From: an uncultured virus (IMG/VR IMGVR_UViG_3300014204_000136)
Taxonomy: Duplodnaviria; Heunggongvirae; Uroviricota; Caudoviricetes
Virus record (IMG/VR): IMGVR_UViG_3300014204_000136
Reading direction: 5' to 3' (one strand)
Length of the DNA: 37,083 nucleotides
Part shown: one piece after another, positions 22,182-30,699 of the stretch
Numbering within the stretch: the stretch's first letter is position 1
Layout of the letters: every line of letters begins with the position of its first letter
Translations under genes and position numbers: made by a program
The notes under the pieces: generated by a model
Database searches by the model: none
Seen by the model: the letters and a program-made list of their open reading frames with translations, nothing else
What the model was told of the DNA's origin: nothing

Positions 22182-22879
22182 TACTGATTTATTACATTAC
22201 TAGAAACAAGGTTCGTACTATCGTTTTTATTATCGCTATTCATTGTTATACCGATACCCAATTCCCTACGTAATATCATGTCCTTTAATACAGGAACCAT
22301 ATTCATAGGAATAGGATATCTATCATCCCAATCTCCTTCCGTTTCAGTAGCATGAGGATTGACAAAATTCATAACTTCTGTAGGAACTACAAATATACCC
22401 CTTACAGTAATTTGTGCAATTGGTTTCGTATATATTAAATATAAATGTTTATCTCTTAGGAAAGCCAAATTATCATTACTAGTATATTTTTTATATTGTT
22501 GCCATTTAGATCTACCTTCTGGTATATACTGAATCTCAGTACCATCTACAGTACCAATATATGTAAACCCTGATTTAAAATTGAAATCAATTGTCTCAGG
22601 TAATTCTAGTTGTGTCTTAAGTATATAAGACTCACTATTAAGATCACTACCTTCAGAAGCATCTACAACTTCTAGTGCTAATGCAGGTAATGTCTGAATA
22701 TAATCTGGATTAGGAATTTTACCTTTGTCTATATCCTGTTTAATAAGCAAGGCCCTATATTGGTGAACCCACATCTCAAGTTGACGCTTGGATATATTTT
22801 CACTTTTACTAACATTAAAATTCCTTATGATGTTTAGTAAATCTGTTGTTATAGTATTTAATGTTATAAAATTAATCAT
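22181..22879 (-). CDS. Ring (tail connector) structural protein, 232 aa
   Basis: ISKRQLEMWVHQYRALLIKQDIDK...YIQTL...VRGIF...DDRYPIP...DNKND pattern of crAss ring proteins; syntenic position. Confidence 0.75.
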   Translation of the reverse strand: MINFITLNTITTDLLNIIRNFNVSKSENISKRQLEMWVHQYRALLIKQDIDKGKIPNPDYIQTLPALALEVVDASEGSDLNSESYILKTQLELPETIDFNFKSGFTYIGTVDGTEIQYIPEGRSKWQQYKKYTSNDNLAFLRDKHLYLIYTKPIAQITVRGIFVVPTEVMNFVNPHATETEGDWDDRYPIPMNMVPVLKDMILRRELGIGITMNSDNKNDSTNLVSSNVINQ

Positions 22880-23596
22880 TTACTTGCCTATTAATATGTA
22901 AACTACTGTAGCAGTTAATGCTGTAGAAACAACACGTGTAAGCCACTTATTATTTTTAATTTGTTTATCTTTATTAGTTATTATAGCTTCAAGATTATTT
23001 GCTTTATTATCTAACTTATTAATCTCTTCACTTAATAATATTTTTTGTTCAACGCAATTATCATACATCTTCGATTTGTCGTTATATTTAGATTCTGATA
23101 ATGCTAAACTATTTTTATAATCAACAATCATTGATTTTGATATATCATATCTTAATATATCTTTATATATAGATATTACTTGATTGGAGGCAAATTTATA
23201 TCTTAAGTCTTGTTCAGGTATATACCTGTGCATCAATTTATTATACGCAACTGTAGAGTCAATGTTCACAATATTGTTATCTATTGAATCCAACTTTGAT
23301 TGTAGTTCCTTAAGTTCCAGCTTATACTTTTTTAGTTGATCTTCTTTGACTACTATAGTTGAATCTAACAAATCATTTTTGTTTTCTAATATATCATATA
23401 TATTGTGCAAGGAATCTCTTTCATGCTCCAACTTCGCATTAGCAATATTTAATGTACTATTTTGAGTATCTAAATTTTTATTCTCTAGTGTTAAACCTAT
23501 GGCATGAGCTAATAGTATTGTAATTACAACACCTGCACAACACCATAAAATAGGTTTACCATACTCCTTTAAATTATTTTTCAATTTCTTTATCAT
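22880..23596 (-). CDS. Coiled-coil membrane protein, spanin-like candidate (~238 aa from MIKKLK; ORF track start at 23638)
   Basis: Hydrophobic segment ILWCCAGVVITILLAHAIG, long heptad-rich region and C-terminal hydrophobic VVSTALTATVVYILIG; last gene of the lysis cluster. Confidence 0.55.
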   Translation of the reverse strand: MIKKLKNNLKEYGKPILWCCAGVVITILLAHAIGLTLENKNLDTQNSTLNIANAKLEHERDSLHNIYDILENKNDLLDSTIVVKEDQLKKYKLELKELQSKLDSIDNNIVNIDSTVAYNKLMHRYIPEQDLRYKFASNQVISIYKDILRYDISKSMIVDYKNSLALSESKYNDKSKMYDNCVEQKILLSEEINKLDNKANNLEAIITNKDKQIKNNKWLTRVVSTALTATVVYILIGK

Positions 23597-23807
23597 AGTC
23601 CTCACTTGGTCTTTTAGTTTCAGCAAAAATATACGCATACACTGGAGTACTAACCACCATTATTGCACCACCTATATTTAATATTGGTTGATCTGTTAAT
23701 AATGTTAAACTTACTAGTGTTATAATATTAACTATTAAAGTAGCTACTGCAATTTTTACACGCTTATTCTTCGTCGGGGTCACGTACGATATTAATGACT
23801 TTGCCAT
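23574..23807 (-). CDS. Holin-like small membrane protein with two predicted TM helices, 77 aa
   Basis: Basic N-terminus, two hydrophobic stretches (IAVATLIVNIITLVSLTLL; IGGAIMVVSTPVYAYIF), charged C-terminus; near the endolysin. Confidence 0.55.
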   Translation of the reverse strand: MAKSLISYVTPTKNKRVKIAVATLIVNIITLVSLTLLTDQPILNIGGAIMVVSTPVYAYIFAETKRPSEDYDKEIEK

Positions 23808-23943
23808 TTCTTTTTATTTTATTATGTACTTCTGTTATAAGTGTCTCTATAAATATAGATGAATCATACATTTCTAACATATGTTCCCACTCAGTAGTTG
23901 CTTCTCTGAGATATCTATATAAGTCTTCCTCTTGTACAAACAT
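23764..23943 (-). CDS. Small hypothetical protein, 59 aa (not in ORF track)
   Basis: Manual translation MFVQEEDLYRYLREATTEWEHMLEMYDSSIFIETLITEVHNKIKRNGKVINIVRDPDEE*. Its ATG overlaps the M15 stop (TAATG at 23943). Confidence 0.6.
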   Translation of the reverse strand: MFVQEEDLYRYLREATTEWEHMLEMYDSSIFIETLITEVHNKIKRNGKVINIVRDPDEE

Positions 23944-24380
23944 TATCTCATGGTATATACGTTCTGGTGTCTATTACCAGTTTCCTTATAAGATACGTGT
24001 ACCCAAGCAGGATTCTCTTTCGTACCATATTCCCATATAAGTTGGTCGTAATCTAGATTATCTTTTATATAATCAAAGATCTCCTTATTAGTTATACCAC
24101 CATATATGTCAGCATCTATATCTATAGCAGCTCCATTATCGGCCATGTGTTGACTTGTAATAGAACCATTTACATGATCATTTAAAGCCTTAGACCTAAA
24201 GAATGAAGATATACCTAACTTCATATTGAAATGCGCCCTAAGTGGCTCAAAAACGGCAACAGCGAGATTTTTCATATTAGTTAACTGCTTCTCATTAGGT
24301 GTATTATCAATACCCCATTTTATAGCAGTCAACGATTTAGTGGCCTCTGTATAGGTTATATGTTCAGATATATTTTCCAT
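23943..24380 (-). CDS. Endolysin, peptidase M15 (Peptidase_M15_3-like Zn peptidase), 145 aa
   Basis: FEPLR...ISSFFRS...SQH...AIDID...YDQLIWEY...WVHVSY zinc-ligand pattern. Confidence 0.9.
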   Translation of the reverse strand: MENISEHITYTEATKSLTAIKWGIDNTPNEKQLTNMKNLAVAVFEPLRAHFNMKLGISSFFRSKALNDHVNGSITSQHMADNGAAIDIDADIYGGITNKEIFDYIKDNLDYDQLIWEYGTKENPAWVHVSYKETGNRHQNVYTMR

Positions 24381-24661
24381 TACACAGTTACTTTATCTAC
24401 GTACCTAATTATTAGTTCAATGATGATTCCCATAAGACCACCTGCAACGCCAGCTGCACCAATTATCTTATTATACTTATTCATCATCTTTGTATACTTC
24501 TCTCTAAGTTCATCAACTTCTCGTTCAAGGTCAGTAGTACGACATAACAACCCGCCATCGGGATTATATTCATTACCAAGTAGAGCAACCTTAATTTCTG
24601 CGATATCCTTTTGCAACAAAGCTAGTACATTATCTGGTATATTACACATCTCTTTTACCAT
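24380..24661 (-). CDS. Small coiled-coil protein with C-terminal TM segment (holin/antiholin-like), 93 aa
   Basis: DIAEIKVALLG...GL...LEREVDEL then IIGAAGVAGGLMGIIIELII; TAATG-coupled to the endolysin. Confidence 0.5.
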   Translation of the reverse strand: MVKEMCNIPDNVLALLQKDIAEIKVALLGNEYNPDGGLLCRTTDLEREVDELREKYTKMMNKYNKIIGAAGVAGGLMGIIIELIIRYVDKVTV

Positions 24662-24669
24662 CCCAAAGT

Positions 24670-25230
24670 TTATTTTTTACGTCCGGGTATATTTATTACT
24701 TCTATAAGTTGAAAATTCTTTTTGCATATATTAAATAAATCATCTGGATCTATTCTCCACGGTTCTGCTATCATACCTGGAAACAATTTATTAAGACCCA
24801 TTGCTACATATTCTACGCAGTAAACCCTATTCTCAGCCTTCTTACCTCTCTTACCAAACCATTTATGTTTTAATATATAAATGGCATGCCATAAGAAGTT
24901 GAGATATTCATACTTCTTATTGTCACAGTCTAAACAGAAGTCATGAAGATCCTGTTTTCTATATCTATTAGTACGTACTTTAAATACATACAATTCTCTC
25001 TTAGCCCCATCATTTAGGTATGCCGTATTAACAGTACGATTAGTAACTCCTTCTGCGATAGAACCAGATACCATACCATCCACTAGTACGTCTGCATGAT
25101 TTACAGTATCACCTGATTCTCCTTTTAGGAACATTTTAACCTTCATGCCAAATCGTATTATCTTTGCGATAACACCATATGAACGTACCATTATTACATA
25201 CACCCCTCTATTGGGCAATATTTTTTCCAT
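24670..25230 (-). CDS. Permuted papain-like NlpC/P60 (YiiX/YebB-like) protein, 186 aa
   Basis: His-before-Cys order: NHADV...KKYEY...VYCVEYVA...IDPDDL. Confidence 0.75.
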   Translation of the reverse strand: MEKILPNRGVYVIMVRSYGVIAKIIRFGMKVKMFLKGESGDTVNHADVLVDGMVSGSIAEGVTNRTVNTAYLNDGAKRELYVFKVRTNRYRKQDLHDFCLDCDNKKYEYLNFLWHAIYILKHKWFGKRGKKAENRVYCVEYVAMGLNKLFPGMIAEPWRIDPDDLFNICKKNFQLIEVINIPGRKK

Positions 25231-25236
25231 AATTGT

Positions 25237-25518
25237 TTATAATTCTAAATAAATAAAAGTACCACATATTTCATTTATCCTTTCCATTATATCTTGTGCT
25301 TCATCTTCTGTAAAGAAATTATGATTTTCATAATCATATTCATTAAAGTATTTCTCTAAACATTGAATACAATAGGATAAAATAGTAAGTTTTATCATTT
25401 CAACACGTGTGTCTTGTCTACCCAATTTTGCATGTAAAGCAACTTTCTTGCCATAGTCAGACTGGGCATTTGTTAAGTCTAACAAAAAGTTTGTTATTTG
25501 TGTTGGTGTTGCTGCCAT
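25237..25518 (-). CDS. Small helical structural protein, tail hub B-like (tentative), 93 aa
   Basis: Helical pattern ending FFTEDEAQDIMERINEICG resembles small crAss hub proteins; assignment by recall and synteny only. Confidence 0.45.
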   Translation of the reverse strand: MAATPTQITNFLLDLTNAQSDYGKKVALHAKLGRQDTRVEMIKLTILSYCIQCLEKYFNEYDYENHNFFTEDEAQDIMERINEICGTFIYLEL

Positions 25519-25520
25519 TT

Positions 25521-25622
25521 TTATATATAATTTTCCGCCAAGTAATCATCATTTTTACCACTAGTAAGTCCTTCTGTTATAAGTAAAACTACTATAATAA
25601 GAGTTAATACCAGAGTCCCCAT
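25521..25622 (-). CDS. Putative 33-aa single-TM peptide (not in ORF track)
   Basis: MGTLVLTLIIVVLLITEGLTSGKNDDYLAENYI* nearly fills the gap between the methyltransferase and the hub-like gene. Confidence 0.45.
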   Translation of the reverse strand: MGTLVLTLIIVVLLITEGLTSGKNDDYLAENYI

Positions 25623-25626
25623 AATG

Positions 25627-26241
25627 CTACCTTTTAGTAAGTGTTACATGTATATCATTAACAGAATTAATATATTGTCTAATTGCAGTAGTTCTATACT
25701 CCTCAGACCTAGTGGCTATCTCATTTGGTATATCATAACCATACACAAAATCCATATCGCCATTAATTCCATAATGATCTAATTTATTATCTTCTCTCCA
25801 CTTCTTATTGAAGTATAAAAAAGTAGCCTCACATATAGCACGCCTATGTGTTGGATCTTGCCAACATCTCATAGAACTATAATACGGGGCTATAATTTTA
25901 ATCTTACCACCTGGTTTAAGTATTCTATATACTTCTTCCATAAATTTAATTAAACCATCGGTAGGTTTGTCTTTAAGTAATTCACATTTCTTTTGATACT
26001 CCTCCCAACTGGTTGACTCTAGTGATGCTCGTAACATATCTTTAGGTAATGTATTCATTTCTGTATGTTCTACATAATGACTGCAGATAATATCTTCTGC
26101 GCTTTCAGATTCAATAGGCCAAGGAAATACTTCCAAGTCAACTACTGCATCTACGTTATCTCCAGGTTTTACATCTATACCGAAATAACCTTCTTCTTTC
26201 CTCTGACCACAGGCCAGGTTTAATTTATTTTCACTAATCAT
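25627..26241 (-). CDS. Class I SAM-dependent methyltransferase (Methyltransf_11-like), ~204 aa from MISENK
   Basis: KLNLACG motif I, GYFGID, VVDLEVFPWP, SHYVEH, EVYRILKPGG, WQDPTH. Confidence 0.88.
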   Translation of the reverse strand: MISENKLNLACGQRKEEGYFGIDVKPGDNVDAVVDLEVFPWPIESESAEDIICSHYVEHTEMNTLPKDMLRASLESTSWEEYQKKCELLKDKPTDGLIKFMEEVYRILKPGGKIKIIAPYYSSMRCWQDPTHRRAICEATFLYFNKKWREDNKLDHYGINGDMDFVYGYDIPNEIATRSEEYRTTAIRQYINSVNDIHVTLTKR

Positions 26242-26410
26242 TATTATATTCTTTATCAATTATATTAAATGGAACTGTCCAGAAAACCAATCTTCCATGT
26301 CTAATCTGTTCTTCTAAATCTACTAAAGAACTTTTATCTCCACAATCTATTTCTCTTTGGGCTAGTTCTTTACTAGTATATTGTTCTATACCATTTTCAT
26401 CTTTATACAT
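26234..26410 (-). CDS. Small hypothetical protein, 58 aa (not in ORF track)
   Basis: MYKDENGIEQYTSKELAQREIDCGDKSSLVDLEEQIRHGRLVFWTVPFNIIDKEYNND*. Starts 3 nt after the GT stop, and its stop overlaps the MTase start (ATGATTAG). Confidence 0.6.
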   Translation of the reverse strand: MYKDENGIEQYTSKELAQREIDCGDKSSLVDLEEQIRHGRLVFWTVPFNIIDKEYNND

Positions 26411-26413
26411 ATC

Positions 26414-27130
26414 CTACCACATTTTATCATCGGCAAATGAATAGTGCCCTACTAAAACACGATTGTCACAAGCGAACTTATAACCTGCTTTTGCAGCATT
26501 CTCAAAGAAATATAGATCTTGAGTATATGCTCTAGCACCTTGTCCTGGAATAACTTCTTGTATTGTCTTAAACCATGGATAAGGCATCTTCTTAAATATA
26601 TCTAATTTGAATAGATTGAAACCCATACCAAGACCATTACATTCCTGAACCTCATTCTGTTTTGGTATTTGTGGTATAAAGTTCTTAGGCATTACCTTTG
26701 GATCACCATATATCATTGGTTGCCCACCTTCACCTTTAGTCCAATATAAACCTTGTACAACATCATATTTGTCCATAGATTCATATAACTTTAATAGACC
26801 ATCTGCTGGTGGACAGTTGTCTTCTTCAATAGTAAGTATATATTGCCATTTAGACAATTCTGGATTATCCAGTATACTTTTAATCATACTATTATAAGAT
26901 TCGCCAACTTCCATACCTATACCAAATATAGGACCTATAACCTTTTGATTCATTGGACGCATTAAACCCATCCAATATTGAACTACCTTTGCTGGTATCT
27001 GTCCCCTAGTAGGACATATTATAATTGTAGATAAATCTTTGTATGAACCAGCTTGCTCTAACCTAGCAATTGATTTATCAAGATTTTCGTTATGTTGCCC
27101 TACTTCAGGCATCGCTATTTGAGGAATCAT
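26414..27130 (-). CDS. GT-A fold (GT2-like) glycosyltransferase, 238 aa
   Basis: IIICPTRG start, YILTIEED (DxD-equivalent), DVVQGLY, GLGMGFNLFKLDIF, PWF, TQDLYF, GYKFACD...VGH. Confidence 0.82.
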   Translation of the reverse strand: MIPQIAMPEVGQHNENLDKSIARLEQAGSYKDLSTIIICPTRGQIPAKVVQYWMGLMRPMNQKVIGPIFGIGMEVGESYNSMIKSILDNPELSKWQYILTIEEDNCPPADGLLKLYESMDKYDVVQGLYWTKGEGGQPMIYGDPKVMPKNFIPQIPKQNEVQECNGLGMGFNLFKLDIFKKMPYPWFKTIQEVIPGQGARAYTQDLYFFENAAKAGYKFACDNRVLVGHYSFADDKMW

Positions 27131-27220
27131 AAATATATCTATATATTTAGTTATTAAAAAGTTTACAATTATTATACGTATATATGATTAGTTTGTTATA
27201 GTGTTGTATAACAATGAAAA

Positions 27221-29155
27221 CTATAATATACCAAAAGTCATTATGAAGATATTTGACATACTTGGTTCTTCTCCTTCTGACAATGTAGTAAATGTAACAT
27301 TCTCACCATATGATGTACCTTCACTATTAGTAGCATATGCCCTAACATAATAAAATGTATCTGCGCTTAGTCCACTTAAGGTAGATGTAAATACACCCAT
27401 ACCAGTACCATTAGATGTGTGAGAATCTGACGTAGTTGGAAATATAGATGTGCTCCAACATATTCCCCTAGCTGTTACAGTAGCACCACCAGTAGCAGTT
27501 ACATTTCCTCCACCATTTGCAACTGTAGAATCAATACCACTTATAGAAGTAGTGGTTACTGTTGGAGTAGTAATAACAACATCGCCATATTGTATTGCCC
27601 CCATAGATGGAGTAGTACCATCAAATGGATCACCATTATAATCTAATGCTACGCTAGCTAAAGGAGTTCCTGCAGTTTTTACTGTTGACGAAGATTGCAA
27701 TGTAAAATCACCATTAGCAGCATCTGTAAATACAGGATCTACAAAATAACCATGTGATTCCCATCCCAATGCTGTACGCAATGCTGCTAATGTATTCATA
27801 TAATACATAGCAACATTCTCATTTTCTACAACTCTTAAAGAATTATTAATACGATAATAAGCATTATAATCTGCTATTTGATTTGATAAATCTCTACCAT
27901 ATGCCCTAATAAACAATTCTACACCTCTAGCATCTCCTGTATATGTTGTATAAAATATATTATTTTTTATCTGTATAATATCATTATCATGATCTATCCA
28001 TATATGAGCTTCTGAACCAGAATTATTATGATTATAAAAAGTATTATTAAATATATATACTGATTGAGCACCTTCCATATTTATACCACAACCATTTGGC
28101 GGAGATACAAATATATTAGAATATATATATAAATTTGTTATTGATGATAATGTTGGATCAGCCCAATGCCAATTCTGTACAAATATTTGATGTGCATACG
28201 CAGTACTTTCAGGAGGATCATAAAATTTATTACGTCTTATAATAAGACCATCTATATGCATACCACTACCATTACCAACGCTTATATCTACTCCTGTAGT
28301 ATGAAAACCATTATAGAAATAATTATCTTCTACTATCATATTAGAAGCAGTTACAGTACCATATATATGAAATGATATTGCCCTACGACCACAATCATGA
28401 AATGTACAATTCTTTATAGTTAAATCATCACCAACAACTTGAGTACCATATGCAGCACCTGAATTCTTTGTACCAACACAAGATATTTCGCAATCATCAA
28501 TAATGATACCAACCATATCAGTCATACTTGCATCAGATTCATCAAATTGTATGTCTGCATAACCACAGTATCTTATATCTAAACCAGATAATGTGATATA
28601 TTGCTTATAATTTAAATCTACTACAAAATATGCTTGTGGTATTTCTACAGAACTATATCTTGTGTCTGGATCAGTTGCAGCATATACATATATATAGCCA
28701 CCACTATAACACCAATTATATTCTGCTGTTAAACTAGCTGTAGTTGATTTATATATACCCCAAGATACAGTACCATCTGTATTTTCAAAGAATACCTCTA
28801 CACCACCAACATCACTTGAACCCCTTGTATAAAATGAGTAAGTATCTGGATTAGTTACAGATGTAGCAGATTTCCATATATTACCACCTTGATTCTCCCA
28901 ACCAATACCCTTAACAGAGCCAAGTATCTTTGGTCTATTACCAGTACCATAACTTGTGTATGTTATTTTTGAACCAGATGTACCACTTGCTGTAACACTT
29001 AGTAAACCACGAAAAGTATCTCCTTTATTAAAACATATAGTATCACCAGGAGCAAATGTAGTACTATTGACTTTAGATATTGTTGCCCAAGCCTGAGCAT
29101 CTGATAGTCCTGTTAATAAATCAGAACCTGTATTTTTTACGTAATATGTTGCCAT
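27221..29155 (-). CDS. Right-handed parallel beta-helix protein with C-terminal fibronectin type III domain (putative receptor-binding protein/depolymerase), 644 aa
   Basis: TYYV...G.D...AWATISKVN...PGDTICFNKGDTFRG start; repeated IKNCTFH/IVEDNYFY/IRRNKFY/IFNNTFY/IKNNIFY; DFTLQSSS; FN3 motif ARGICWST...YYVRAYATNSEGTSYG. Confidence 0.85.
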   Translation of the reverse strand: MATYYVKNTGSDLLTGLSDAQAWATISKVNSTTFAPGDTICFNKGDTFRGLLSVTASGTSGSKITYTSYGTGNRPKILGSVKGIGWENQGGNIWKSATSVTNPDTYSFYTRGSSDVGGVEVFFENTDGTVSWGIYKSTTASLTAEYNWCYSGGYIYVYAATDPDTRYSSVEIPQAYFVVDLNYKQYITLSGLDIRYCGYADIQFDESDASMTDMVGIIIDDCEISCVGTKNSGAAYGTQVVGDDLTIKNCTFHDCGRRAISFHIYGTVTASNMIVEDNYFYNGFHTTGVDISVGNGSGMHIDGLIIRRNKFYDPPESTAYAHQIFVQNWHWADPTLSSITNLYIYSNIFVSPPNGCGINMEGAQSVYIFNNTFYNHNNSGSEAHIWIDHDNDIIQIKNNIFYTTYTGDARGVELFIRAYGRDLSNQIADYNAYYRINNSLRVVENENVAMYYMNTLAALRTALGWESHGYFVDPVFTDAANGDFTLQSSSTVKTAGTPLASVALDYNGDPFDGTTPSMGAIQYGDVVITTPTVTTTSISGIDSTVANGGGNVTATGGATVTARGICWSTSIFPTTSDSHTSNGTGMGVFTSTLSGLSADTFYYVRAYATNSEGTSYGENVTFTTLSEGEEPSMSNIFIMTFGIL

Positions 29156-29165
29156 TATTTATTTT

Positions 29166-29849
29166 TTAACTAAATGGATATGCTTTACCAGAACCAGAAT
29201 TATATAAGGTTGTTACTTCGTCAGATGTTAATAATCTATTATAAATAGCTACTTCATCTAATCTACCCTGATAGTATGAATTTGCATCCCCATCTCTACC
29301 AAACTCTAAATCATTTAAAGCAGACGATGCTGCTACACTTGTTTTAGATTGAACAAAACTACCATCACGATATATATATATTGTTGATGCATTCCATGTA
29401 ACAACCACATGATACCAAGTATTGGCATTTATTGCTGCTGATACAAATACATCACTTGATGCACTACCTACATGTCCAGTTACGTAACCATCATATGTGT
29501 ACATAGCATAACCATTCCTTGCTGTAGTACCATTATCCCATTTATTAATGAATACATCTGGACCAGCGGTATCTGCTGCATATACCCAACAACTAATTGC
29601 TCCTGCTGTAGTTAATCTTAAATTTGTAGGATTACCAAATCCTATATAACTACTACTACCATTAAAAGACACAGCCGTATTTATTTTACCTGTTGCTGAA
29701 TATGTCAAGTTAGAAGAAGTGCCATCATTAGAGCCATGTGCATCATCTAATGTTCCAGAACTTTCATCTAATTTCCAATATGAAACAAGTCCCGTTAATA
29801 AAGTGGATGATTTTTGCCACCCATCATATGTACCTAATGTAACACTCAT
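29166..29849 (-). CDS. LamG-like (concanavalin A lectin/glucanase) domain protein, 227 aa
   Basis: GLVSYWKLDE...GKINTAVSFNG...ISCWV...NTWYHVVVTW...IYRDG...GRLDEVAIYNRLLTSDEVTTLYN. Confidence 0.92.
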   Translation of the reverse strand: MSVTLGTYDGWQKSSTLLTGLVSYWKLDESSGTLDDAHGSNDGTSSNLTYSATGKINTAVSFNGSSSYIGFGNPTNLRLTTAGAISCWVYAADTAGPDVFINKWDNGTTARNGYAMYTYDGYVTGHVGSASSDVFVSAAINANTWYHVVVTWNASTIYIYRDGSFVQSKTSVAASSALNDLEFGRDGDANSYYQGRLDEVAIYNRLLTSDEVTTLYNSGSGKAYPFS

Positions 29850-30697
29850 TATTGTATACCTTTAGAATTACTATCCATATAAGTTTCTATGATTGTATTA
29901 TATGTAGAATTTAAAGCCCCTAGAGAACCACCTTCATGAAATATAGAAATCTGTGCATCACAAAATCTTTTAACAGTAGGTCCAGCGGGAGCATTTACAG
30001 CAAGTATAACTGGTTTCGCATAACTGTTTATAGCAGTTGCTGAATAATTTCCAGAATCAACTAAACTACCATTTCTATATAATGATAAACTAGTACTGTT
30101 TGGTCTATCAACAACCCAAAAACCTCTTGCATCACCCCAACTATTAGTTATATCTCCACCACCAGTACTATTTAAACAATATACAACTCCAGTAGAACCA
30201 AAGACTGGTGAAAACATATTATAGGCATTCCCATCGTTTGTACAACCATATACCCATTTACTTTCAGTTGCAGTGTAACCTATTCTAATATATATACCAT
30301 AGGAAGCATTATTAAGAGTATAATTTGTTAATTGGTTAAGATATACTCCTCCTGCTTCTATATATGCTGCAGGTGTTTCACCACCTACACCATCTCCCTT
30401 CATACCTTCATACGCTGTAAATATTGGATCATCATGTGATATAGCATTGTACATCAATGGATTTTTCCAATTAATAAGAGCTTCAGAATTATCATTAGTA
30501 TGAGAAGCAAATACATAAAAGATATCAAACTTTGCCCATATACCAGCATCTACTAAATCTTTAACCATCGTATTCTGTGCAGTAGCTACTGCAGAAGATG
30601 GTTTGGTAGTAAAGGTATCATATACGGCTTGATACTCCGTACAGTAACCACTTGCAGGTTGCCCATATGTATTGTGTGTAATTAAAGTAACACTCAT
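29849..30697 (-). CDS. ConA/LamG-like beta-sandwich virion accessory protein, 282 aa
   Basis: LVDAGIWAKFDIFYVFA...LINWKNP...GMKGDG...GFWVVDR...SLYRNGS; beta-rich, coupled to the LamG gene. Confidence 0.6.
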   Translation of the reverse strand: MSVTLITHNTYGQPASGYCTEYQAVYDTFTTKPSSAVATAQNTMVKDLVDAGIWAKFDIFYVFASHTNDNSEALINWKNPLMYNAISHDDPIFTAYEGMKGDGVGGETPAAYIEAGGVYLNQLTNYTLNNASYGIYIRIGYTATESKWVYGCTNDGNAYNMFSPVFGSTGVVYCLNSTGGGDITNSWGDARGFWVVDRPNSTSLSLYRNGSLVDSGNYSATAINSYAKPVILAVNAPAGPTVKRFCDAQISIFHEGGSLGALNSTYNTIIETYMDSNSKGIQ

Positions 30698-30699
30698 AA

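Noticed and set aside
25627..26241. DNA methyltransferase / restriction-modification role
   Set aside because: No DPPY/NPPY or PC catalytic motif; the pattern fits small-molecule or glycan class I methyltransferases.
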